Assembly (NCBI RefSeq): GCF_963921235.1
Contig: NC_086101.1
Span: 7,318,001 to 7,382,000 of the forward strand
Direction: 5' to 3'
DNA: 64,000 nucleotides
From: Mobula hypostoma
Lineage: Eukaryota
In this document: positions 52,618 through 64,000 of the stretch, piece after piece
Layout of the letters: every line of letters begins with the position of its first letter
Position numbering within the stretch: the stretch's first letter is position 1
Translations under genes and position numbers: made by a program
Notes under the pieces: model-generated
The model's database searches: none
What the model saw: only the letters and a program-made list of their open reading frames with translations
What the model was told of the DNA's origin: nothing

Positions 52618-54039
52618 TATATTGTGGCTCAATGTTGCCAGCCCGCTGCTAACACATGGAACCAATGACACACACAAAATGCTGGAGGAACTCAGCAGGC
52701 CAGGCAGCATCTATAGAAAAAGTACGGTCGACGTTTTGAGCCGAGACCCTTCGGCAGGAGTTCCTCCAGCGTTTTGTGTGTGTAACATGGAGCAACAGAC
52801 TTGGATGAGCAAGAGAACAGCAATGAGAAGATCTCTGGACTAGATGGAGGGCGAGTGAGGCCATGGAGGAATTGGCAAGCGTGGTAGATCATACTTTTCT
52901 AACTGAGGCATGTGATTAATGGAAGGAACTTGGAGATAACACATTAACAAAGTTCCTCAATTGAGCTGATCACTCTCTGTAACATCGGGACTCACCATTT
53001 CGGAAAATATACATTGAATCTCAACCTCCTCACTCGGTCAATCATTCCCACATTCATCATCCCTTCTGTATGCTGACCTTACTTAGAGAAAAACACACCG
53101 GGCCTATTTTAAATGCTTTTCTTCATGTTCTGGAGTCACGCTGACCTTACTTTATATTCTGGCAGACCTGAACTCTACCATCTAATGTTTAACATTTGCT
53201 GCCTGAGATTGCTGAGGGGTGTATTTGTGTTCAGACCTCGGTTAACAAGTTAGTTTCCTTTGTACTTGATTGTTGTCTCTGAGAGTTTCGGTGAGAGTTA
53301 CGCACGATAATAAGACCATAAGATATAGGAGCAGAATTAGGCCATTTGGCCCATCGAGTCTGCTCCACCATTTCATCATGGCTGATCCAATTTCCCTTTC
53401 AGCTCCAATCTCCTGGCTTTGCCCCGTGTCCCTTCATGCCCTGACCAATCAAGAATTTATCAAGCTCTGCCTTAAATATACATACAGCCTCCACAGCTAC
53501 CTGTGATAACGAATTCCACAGATTCACCGCTCTCTGGCTAAAGAAATTCCTCCTTACTTCCATTCTAAAAGGACGCACCTCTATTTTGAGGCTGTTTTAG
53601 GCACTCCCACCGTAGCAAACATCCTCTCCACATCCACTCTATCAATGTGGATTAAATTAACTGGGCTCGTAATAACTATCTTTGTGCATTAACTACCGGA
53701 GTTACAAGAAATAATTGACAGGTTTTGTGAGTCTCTCTTCTGTCTACGATTTGCTGCTCCACTGCATAGTCCCTTTGAAGTATGCCTACCCTGGAAAAGA
53801 TTTCCTCCTGCCCTCAATGGGAGTACAGTGAGACCCTCTCTCTCTGCTGCACCACCCCCACCTCCATGATCTCTGCTGTTCCCTAACTCTTCAACCACAT
53901 GCTTGCTACTTCAGTCACGTATCCTTCTTGGGAATCTCCTGCCAGTTCCTACTCCCTCTGCTTCTTCACCTTCCTATTCTGTCTTATTCCCCTTCCTTTC
54001 CAGTCCTGAAGAAGAGACTAAGCTTGAAACACCGACTAG

Positions 54040-54722
54040 AAACATAGAAACAGAAAACCTGCAGCACAATACAGGCCCTTCGGCCCACAAAGCTGTGCCG
54101 AACATGTCCTTGCCTGAGAAATTACCTAAGGTTACTCATAGCCCTCTATTTTTCTGAGCTCCATATACCTGTCCAGGAGTCTCTTAAAAGACCCTATCAT
54201 ATCAGCCTCCATCACCGTCGTCGGCAGCCCATTCCACGCACTCACCACTTTCTGCGTAAAAAAACTTACCCCTGATATCTCCTCTGTACCTACTTCCAAG
54301 CACCTTAAAACTATGTCCTCTCGTGCTAGCCATTTAAGCCCTGGGAAAAAGCCTGTGACTACCCACATGATCAATGCCTCTCATTATCTTGTACACCTCT
54401 AAGGTCACCTCTCATCCTCCGTCGCTCCAAGGAGAAAAGGTCCAGTTCACTCAACCTGTTCTCATAAGGCATGCTCCCCAATCCAGGCAACATCCTTGTA
54501 AATCTCCTCGGCATCCTTTCTGTGGTTTCCACATCCTTCCTGTAGTGAGGCGACCAGAACTGAGCACAGTACTCCTAGTGGGGTCTGACCAGGGTCCTAT
54601 ATAGCTGCAACATTACCTCTCGGCTGTTAAACTCAGTCCCACAGTTGATGAAGGCCAATACACCGTATACCACCTTAACCACAGAGTCAACCTGTGTAGG
54701 AACTTTGAGTCTCCTATGGACT
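54040..54722 (-). mobile_element. CR1 3' end, same subfamily as 17645-21495
   Basis: Near-identical to 17650-18325. Confidence 0.9.
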
Positions 54723-55572
54723 GTTTATTCCTCTCCATAGATGCTGCCTGACTTGTTGAGTTCTCATACCTTGTTGAGCTCTCATCTTGCACGTGCTAGT
54801 CAAGATTTCCGGTATCTGCAGAATTGCTGGTGTCTGTCACTGTGATGACAATGTTATGATGTGGTGGCCAAAACGACAGGCTGTCCCAGGCTAATTCTTT
54901 CTCCGCTTTACAGCAGCCATATCCATGCTCCAAGACCATTTCAGAGGCTGAGTGATTCACCTCATGACACTCAGCAGCATGACAATTCTCTGCAGTCCCT
55001 GATCAAAGTTCAGAGTAAATTTACAATAGACAATAGACAACAGGTGCAGGAGTAGGCCATTTGGCCCTTCGAGCCAGCACCGCCATTCACTGTGATCATG
55101 GCTAATTTATTATCAAAATGCATATATGCCACCACATACAACCCAAAGATACATTTTCTTGCAGGCATTCGCCGTAATTCAAAGAAGCGCAATAGAATCA
55201 ATGACATACTCTACCCACCGGGACAAACAAACTACCAATGTGCAAAAGACAACAAACTGCACAAATATAAAAGGGGGGGGGAAATAATAATAATAAATAA
55301 ATAAGCAATAACTATCGACAACAAGAGATGAAGAATCCTTGAAAGTGAGTCCATAGGTTGTGGGAACAATTCAGTGATGGGATGAGCAAAGTTGGGTGAC
55401 GCTATTGAAGTTGGTCATTGACGGAACATTGTTCACTTGCTGCGATGGCTACAGCTCCGAGAGTGCCCGAGAACCTGTCACCATCCACCCTGAAACAGCC
55501 CACCTGAATTTTACTGCATTCGACCCCCATCACCGATTATACCACCTTCTACCACTCGGGATTTCACTGCAT

Positions 55573-57415
55573 TTAGAACATAGAACATAGAATAGTACAC
55601 CAAGGTACAGGCCCTTCGGCCCGCAAAGTTCTGCCGACCCTTAAACCCTGCCTCCCATATAACCCCCCACCTTAAATTCCTCCATATACCTGTCCAGTAG
55701 TCTCTTAAACTTCACTAGTGTATCTGCCTCCACCACTGACTCAGGCAGTGCATTCCACGCATCAACCACTCTCTGAGTAAAAAACCTTCCTCTAATATCC
55801 CCCTTGAACTTCCCACCTCTTACCTTAAAGCCATGTACTCTTGTATTGAGCAGTGGTGCCCTGGGGAAGAGGCGCCGGCTATCCACTCTATCTATTCCTC
55901 TTAATATCTTGTATACCTCTATCATGTCTCCTCTCATTCTCCTTCTCTCCAGAGCGTAAAGCCCTAGCTCCCTTAGTCTCTGATCATAATGCATACTCTC
56001 TAAACCAGGCAATATCCCGGTAAATCTCCTCTGTACCCTTTCCAATGCTTCCACATCCTTCCTATAGTGAGGCGACCAGAACTGGACACAGTACTCCAAG
56101 TGTGGCCTAACCAGAGTTTTATAGAGCTGCATCATTACATCGCGACTCTTAAACTCTATCCATTGACTTATGAAAGCTAACACCCCATAAGCTTTCTTAA
56201 CTATCCTATCTACCTGTGAGGCAACCTTCAAGGATCTGTGGACATGTACCCCCAGATCCCTCTGCTTCTCCACACTAACAAGTATCCTGCCATTTACTTT
56301 GTACTCTACCTTGGAGTTTGTCCTTCCAAAGTGTACCACCCCACACTTCTCTGGGTTGAACTCCATCTGCCACTTCTCAGCCCACTTCTGCATCCTATCA
56401 ATGTCTCTCTGCAATCTTCAACAATCCTCTACACCACCCACAATACCACCAACCATTGTGTTGTCTGCAAACTTGCCAACCCACCCTTCTACCCCCACAT
56501 CCAGGTTGTTGAAAAAAAATCACAAAAAGTAGAGGTCCCAGAACCGACCCTTGTGGGACACCACTAGTCACATCCCTCCAATTTGAATGTACTCCCTCCA
56601 CCATAACCCTCTGCCTTCTGTAGGCAAGCCAATTCTGAATCTACCTGGCCAAACTTCCCTGGATCCCATGCCTTCTGACTTTCTGAATAAGCCTACCATG
56701 TGGAACCTTGTCAAATGCCTTACTAAAATCCATGTAGATCACATCCACTGCACTACCCTCATCTATGTGCCTGGTCACCTCCTCAAAAAACTCTATCAGG
56801 CTTGTTCGACATGATCTGCCCTTCACAAAGCCATGCTGACTGTCCCTGATCAGACCATGATTCTCTAAATACCCAGAGATCCTATCTCTAAGAATCTTTT
56901 CCAACAGCTTTCCCACCACAGACGTTGGGCTCACTGGTCTATAATTACCTGGACTATCCCTACTACCTTTTTTGAACAAGGGGACATTCACTTCCCTCCA
57001 ATCCTCCGGTACCATTCCCGTGGATAACGAGGACATAAAGATCCTAGCCAGAGGCTCAGCAATCTCTTCCCTCACATCGCGGAGCAGCCTAGGGAATATT
57101 CCGTCAGGCCCCGGGGACTTAACCATCCTAACGTATTTTAACAACTCCAACACCTCCTCTCCCTTAATATCAACATGCTCCAGAACATCAACCTCACTCA
57201 TATTGTCCTCACCATCATCAAGTTCCCTCTCATTGGTGAATACCGAAGAGAAGTATTCATTGAGGACCTCACTCACTTCCACAGCCTCCAGGCACATCTT
57301 CCCACCTTTATCTCTAATCGGTCCTACCTTCACTCCTGTCATCCATTTGTTCTTCACATAATTGAAGAATGCCTTGGGAATTTCCTTTACCATACTCAGC
57401 AAGGCCTTCGCATGC
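55573..57415 (-). mobile_element. 5'-truncated young CR1 (RT + C-terminus)
   Basis: ORFs 56641-57402, 56398-56604 and 55641-56414. Confidence 0.96.
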
Positions 57416-58459
57416 CCCCATCTCTGATCATACTACCTTCTACAACCAGGGATTTCACTGCATTCCCCCCTCCCCCCCCAAACACCAATCATATCACCTT
57501 CTACCACCCTGGCTTCAGTGCCCACTAGTTAAAAGATGGCCACAAGGGAGAGCTGATGCGGTATTCTGGGGCCAAAGTCAAACTGCTGGAAGGGCTGAGG
57601 GCATCAAGCAGCAGCTGTGATGCTGAACATCTGCGGCCGGAAGACTGCATTGAGATTATCACAGGACAGCCCGCAGCAAATGCCCAGGTTCATAATGAAC
57701 TGGCAACAGTTAATGATATAGTATGCAAAGGAAACTGTTACTGATCCGCGGAGTGAAAGGGCATGTGTTAATAATCTGGTATTGTCAGGGAGCATCTGTT
57801 AACTACACAATAGTGTGAGGAGATAACAGAATAGATGACGAGGTAATCGATTTAACTGATGACCTCTATTGATGGTCAACTGTTGACTATGTAATTAGAT
57901 AGAGATGAATCATTCATGATACAATCGATTCTTGATCTGTTGATATCATAGATCATTTCCATTAGACAAAGGAGCAGAATTAGGCAATTTGGCCCATTGA
58001 GTCTGCTCCACCAGTCTATCATGACTGATTGATTATCTCTCTCAACCCCATTCTCCAGCCTTCCCTCTGTAATCTTTGATGCCTTGACTAACTAAGAACC
58101 TATCAACCTCCCCTTTAAATACTTATACCTAATGACCTGGCCACTGCAGACTATAAGGACATAAGGCAGGAGATTGGAACTGACGGGATAATTGGATCAG
58201 TCATGATGAAATGGCGGAGCAGACTCGATGGGCTCCTATATCTCTTGGTCTTATAGTTGTAAAACCATGAGGCCTAGGAGCAGAATTAGTCCATTCAGCC
58301 CATCGTATTTGCTCGACCGTTTACTCATGATTGATTTACTTTTCCTCTCTTACCCTTCATCTCCATATTATCAAAAACTTATCAACCTCCACTTTAAATA
58401 TACCAAATGGCTTAGCCTTCATGGTCATCTGCAGCAATGAAGCCCTCTCTCATCTCCTT

Positions 58460-58955
58460 TCTGGAGCTGGCCCAGTCTATCACGGGTGCAGTCCATCCCA
58501 CCACTGAGCTCATCAACATGGAACACTGTCGGAGGAAAGCAGCATCCATCGTCAGGGACTCCCACCACCCAGGACGTGCTCTGTTCTCACTGCTGCCATC
58601 AGGAATGTGGTACAGGACCCTCAGGTCCCACACCACCAGGTTCAGCAGCAGTTATTATCCCTCAATCATCAGACTCTTCAATCAACGGGGTAACTTCACT
58701 CAGTATCACTCGCCCCATCACTAAACTGTCCCACTTTCAAGGACTCGTCATCTCATATTTATTGCTTATTTGCTTATGATTATTATCTTTTTTTTGGACT
58801 GTATTTGCAGAGTTTGTTGTCTTTTGCACATTGATTGTTTGTCTGTCCATTTGGGTGCAGTCTCTCATTGATTCGATTGTGTTTCTTGGATTTACTGAGT
58901 ATGCCCACAAGAAAATGAATCTCAGATTCTGTATGGTGATATATTTGTACTTTGA
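58460..58955 (+). mobile_element. Rex1/Babar-like LINE 3' end
   Basis: RRKAASIVRDSHHPGRALFSLLPSG...; (TTTGAAC)n tail. Confidence 0.8.
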
Positions 58956-59502
58956 ACTTTGAACTTTAAGCATTTACAGTAGAACAAGGAAATATAATAG
59001 AACCAATGTATAACTATACACAAATAAATACTGACAAAGAACCAATCTGCAAAAGATGACAAACTGTGCAAATACATAAATAATAAATAAATAAATAGAT
59101 GAATCTGAGAAGTCAATAGTTATGTCCTTGAAAGTGAGTCTGTAGCTTATGGAGTCATTTCAATGTTGAGCTGAGTGAAGTTCTGCACGCTGGTTTAAGG
59201 ATCTGAAGGTTGAAAGGTAATAACTTTTCCCGAATCTAGCGGTGTGGGACCTGAGGATCCTGATGGCAGCAGTGAGAAGAGAGCATGGCCTGGATGATGG
59301 GGGTGTAGTGTTTTGTGTATTCACTGAGAGCCAGTGGTTTGGCAATATACTATTCTCTCCACACAGCAGTGGGAGAGCTTCCCACCCAAGCTTTCCCTTG
59401 TTGGATTTGAACCCTTGATCTTCTGACTCAGAGCAACAAGAGCTACCCACTGAGCCACAGCTGACACTTCCGATGTGTACCACATGCAATCAGCTTCTTT
59501 GT

Positions 59503-59599
59503 CTCTCTCTCTCTCTCATACACACACACACACAGAGACAACCAGACCGTACACAGAGACACACTTGCGCACACACACACGCACACACTCACAACCAGA

Positions 59600-59649
<50 letters not shown>

Positions 59650-59810
59650 GACAACTGAACACATAAACACACACACCCACAGACTTAGATACATACACTC
59701 ACAACCAGACGTGCACACACACACACACAAAGACACACACACACAAAGATACACACATACTCACTCACACACATATACACGCACACTCACACAAACACCC
59801 ACGCACACAC
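59503..59810. repeat. (CT)n followed by long imperfect (CA)n microsatellite
   Basis: Read directly; includes a repeated CACTCACAACCAGAC subunit. Confidence 0.95.
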
Positions 59811-60389
59811 GCTCATCAGGTACAAATGGCCGAAGCCCTCTCTACAATAATGTTCTAACTAAAATCTGAAGAGTGACGGGGGTTTCTGCAGCCGCTTGTC
59901 TGTGCGGAATGCCTCTCCAAGGAGCAGGAGTTCATGGTGAGGCTGGAAGACAAATTACATGCAGGCCCCTTCTGCGAGAGGAGAGGAGGGCAGGAATGAA
60001 TATATCTTGCTGCATATCTGCAGCATCGCAGTGAGACACCACCTGGAGTACTGTACATGGTTTTTATTTAGCTCGTTTATTTATTTCGGGATACTGGCAG
60101 CAACAGCCCCTCCTGGCCTAACAATCCCACAGAACCCAATCACACCCTGTGACCAATTAACCTCCCGATCCGTACGTGCTGAAGGCAGCCCATGAGTGTC
60201 ACCTCTTCCAGCGTTCACAACTAACCAGTGTATCTGTGCAATGTGAGAGGGAACCCCTGCAGTCCCAGGGAGAACATACTAAATCCTGACAGAAAGCAGC
60301 AGGAATTGATCCCAGCTCACTGGCACTGTAACAGCGTTATGCTACCCAGCATGCCACTGTGCCACGTCTTGCTGCGAAATTTAAAGGTT

Positions 60390-61505
60390 TCACCTCACTA
60401 TAGGAAGGATGTGGAAGCATTGGAAAGGGTACAGAGGAGATTTGCCAAGATGCTGCCTGGTTTAGAAAGTATGCATGGTGATCAGAGATTAGGGGAGCTA
60501 GGGCTTTACTCTTTGGAGAGAAGGAGGATGAGAGGAGACATGATAGAGGTGTACAAGATATTAAGAGGAATAGATAAAGTGGATAGCCAGCGCCTCTTCC
60601 CCAGGGCACCACTGCTCAATACAAGAGGACATGGCTTTAAGGTAAGGGGTGGGAAGTTCAAGGGGGATATTAGAGGAAGGTTTTTTTACTCGGAGAGTGG
60701 TTGGTGCATGGAATGCACTGCCTGAGTCAGTGGTGGAGGCAGATACACTAGTGAAGTTTAAGAGACTACTAGACAGGTATATGGAGGAATCTAAGGTGGA
60801 GGCTTATATGGGAGGCAGGGTTTGAGGGTCGGCACAACATTGTGGGCCGAAGGGCCTGTACTGTGCTGTACTATTCTATGTGCTGTACTGTTCTATGTTC
60901 TATGTTTACTGCTATTGGGAGAGTGCAACTAAGAGCCACTTCTGTAGGTATTGTTTTTATTGTTCTCAAAAAGGTTCTTTTGATATATAAAAAACTGAGA
61001 TTCACTACATGGTTATTTCAGAGGACATTCATTGAGATACTATAGATAGAGTGCAGAGGGGACCTACAAGGATGTTGCCTGGATTGGGGAGCATGCCTTA
61101 TGAAAACAGGTTGAGTGAACTCGGCCTTTTCTCCTTGGAGCGACGGAGGATGAGAGGTGACCTGATAGAGGTGTATAAGATGAGAGGCATTGAACGTGTG
61201 GATAGTCAGAGGCTTTTTCCCAGGGCTGAAATGGCTAACATGAGGAGGCATCATTTTAAGATGCTTGTAAGTAGGTACAAGGAGGATGTCAGAGGTAAGT
61301 TTTTCACACAGAGAGTGGTGGGTATGTGGAATGTGCTGCCAGCGATGGTGGTGGAGGCAGATACAATAGGGTCTTTTCAGAGACTCTTAGATAGGTACAT
61401 GAAGCTTAGAAAAATGGAGGGCTATGCAGTAGGGAAATTCTAGGCAGCTTCTGGAGCATTGTGGGCCGAAGGGCCTGTAGTGTGCTGTAGATTTTTATGT
61501 TTCTG
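60390..61505 (+). mobile_element. Two CR1 3' ends (~60390-60905 and ~61035-61505)
   Basis: ORFs 60228-60725 and 61051-61443 with CR1 tails. Confidence 0.92.
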
Positions 61506-63119
61506 TGACAGTCCAGGCCTGCTTTCTCTAGAGCTTATAGAAATGAAAGACAACTTCATACAATCACAGAGTTAAACAGGCCCTTTGGCCCAAATAATCC
61601 CATCTGCCCGCTCTTGGCCATAAGACATAGGAGCAGAATTTGGCAATTTGGCCCATTGAGTCTGCTCCATTAGGACTGATTTACTTTCCCTCTCAAACCC
61701 AGTTTCCTGCCTTCTCTCTGTCACCCCTGACACCCTTACTAATTAGGGGTTAATTAATCAACCTCTGCTTTGAATATATACCTGTGGCAATGAATTCCAC
61801 AGATTCGCCTCCCTCTGCCTAAATAGATGTTCCTTATCTCTGTTCTCAGTATGTGCTTCTCATCTGAAACTGTGCCCTTGGGTCCTACACTCCCCCACTA
61901 TGGGATATATCCTCCCCACATCCATTCTATCGAGGCCTTTCAATAGCAATGAGATCCCCTCTCATTCTAAACTTCATGGAGTACAGCCCCCGTGAATTCA
62001 GAACCTCCTCCAGCGATGTTACATATCCAGATGACATTCAAATGTTGCTAACGTGCCCGGCTCAACCACTGTTTCTGGCAGCTCATTCCAAATATGCACC
62101 GCCTTTTGTGTGAAGGAGCAGCTCCTGATCTCCCTTTAATGTCTCACCTCTGTTCTTAACCCTATTGCCTCCTGTGTTTAGTAACCAGTCGCTGGGAAAA
62201 AGACTATGTGCTTTTTCCCTGTTTATTATATACGTCTACGAGGTCAGGCTGCAATCTCCTCCCTCCCAGGAATTCCAGGGTCTATGCAACCTCTCCTTGT
62301 AATTCAGGCCCTCAAGTCATGGCAGTCCCGTTAAGTTCTTCTAAAAATTCAGAAGATTCAAAGGTTCACCAAGTACAGTTATGATCAAAGTATGTGTGAA
62401 GTAAACAACCCTGTGACTTGTCTTCCCGCTGACAGCCACAAAACAAAGAAATACCATGGAATCTGTTCAAAGAAAATATCAAACATCCGACACACAAAAT
62501 AAAAGAACAAATTGGGCACGACGCTGGAGGACCTCAGCAGGTCGGACAGTGTCTATGGACAGTCAATGTTTTGGGCCTAGGCTCTTCATCAGGACCCCGT
62601 ATAATGTTCATAAAGGTCAGATCAGGCTGGTGGTGCTGGTGTCCGCTGATGTCAGGATACCTGTGCAGGAAAGTTTTTAAAGTTGCACTGGGGTATTTCC
62701 ACTTTCCTGACCTCAGGATTCTCGGTCCAGTGGCATGAACAAGCGTCGCAAACAGGGGTCGCTCTTGGTTGCAGTGGGTGACCATGACATGTCCTGTGCT
62801 CTTCGCTCTCCCTGAAGTGCTGCAGTACGCCTTCCTGGCCTTTGGATCCCACTGTTGATCTCACCCGCCCAGTCCACTGGAGCAGACTTCGCATGCTGGG
62901 ACCTCAGCCCACTGGCTACCCTCCCCCGGTGTAGCCCGCCTGTCAAAGCGGTGTACCGGGGTGCTGTTACTGTCACATGAAAACAGCTAATTGGAGACAC
63001 AGATAAGAGTTGCCCCAGAATGGACATGACAAGCCCCTCACCACAGGTGCTACCCCTCAGTAACACCCCATTCATCCTGTATTGGGGTAGAACAGCTACA
63101 CAGAATCTGCGGAGCAAGT

Positions 63120-64000
63120 AAACATAGAACATAGATGTCCTTTAGAACATAGAATAGTACAGCACATTACAGGCCCTTCGGCCCACAATGTTGTGCCAAC
63201 CCTCAAACTCTGCCTCCCATATAAGCCCCCACCTTAAATTCCTCCATATACCTGTCCAGTAGTCTCTTAAATTTCACGAGTGTATCTGCCTCCACCACTG
63301 ACTCAGGCAGTGCATTCCACGCACCAACCACTCTCTGAGTAAAAAACCTTCCTCTAATATCCCCCTCGAACTTCCCACCCCTTACCTTAAAGCCATGTCC
63401 TTTTGTATTGAGCAGTGGTGCCCTGGGGAAGAGGCACTGGCTGTCCACTCTATCTATTCCTCTTAATATCTTGTACACCTCTATCATGTCTCCTCTCATC
63501 CTCCTTCTCTCCAAAGAGCAAAGCCCTAGCTCCCTTAATCTCTAATCATAATGCATACTTTCTAAACCAGGCAGCATCCTGGTAAATCTCCTCTGTACCC
63601 TTTCCAATGCTTCCACATCCTTCCTATAGTGAGGTGACCAGAACTGGACACAGTACTCCAAGTGTGGCCTAACCAGAGTTTTATAGAGCTGCATCACTTT
63701 CCCATAGCCTTGGACAGGGATTTGAGCAGCCAATGTACATAGAACATCGAACATAGAACAGTACAGCACAGTACAGGCCCTTCGGCCCACAATGTTGTGC
63801 CGACCCTCAAACCCTGCCTCCCATACAAGCCCCCACCTTAGATTCCTCCATATACCTGTCTAGTGGTCTCTTAAACTTCACTAGTGTATCTATCTCCACC
63901 ACTGACTCAGGCAGTGCATTCCACACATCAACCACTCTCTGAGTAAAAAACCTTCCTCTGATATCCCCCTTGAATTTCCCACCCCTTATCTTAAAGCCAT
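63120..64000 (-). mobile_element. Two tandem young CR1 3' ends (~63120-63697 and ~63740-end)
   Basis: ORF 63203-63514; the second copy repeats the same 3' sequence. Confidence 0.92.

Noticed and set aside
59443..59754. Cys/Val and His/Thr repeat ORFs
   Set aside because: Translations of the (CA)n microsatellite.
59892..59936. Possible 45-nt + strand exon (PLVCAECLSKEQEFM)
   Set aside because: Very short pyrimidine tract, no recognisable homology, no partner exons.

Overview
Eukaryotic, retroelement-saturated vertebrate DNA. The repeat mix (CR1 LINEs with (TTCTATG)n-type tails, Rex1/Babar-like LINEs, V-SINE/HE1-like SINEs, Penelope-like elements, Tc1/Tigger relics) points to a cartilaginous fish, probably a ray; this is inferred from repeat content only. 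One host gene is recognisable: PRRT1 (SynDIG4, CD225/dispanin family) on the + strand, with three coding exons at 23741-24039, 27144-27326 and 32468-32644. The short first coding exon was not located. Nearly every other ORF is a LINE fragment or its antisense shadow. Structure not explained by the gene: (1) a ~610-nt imperfect, collinear fold-back (33155-33765) just downstream of the PRRT1 stop, inside a CpG-rich island; (2) about a dozen Penelope-borne minimal hammerhead motifs, one intact inside an insertion with a 12-bp TSD; (3) two copies of a repeat whose 5' end has an HDV/CPEB3-like ribozyme layout; (4) a locally templated 45-bp insertion and several nested or rearranged transposons. Repeat boundaries are read by eye and approximate; no folding, alignment or database search was run.
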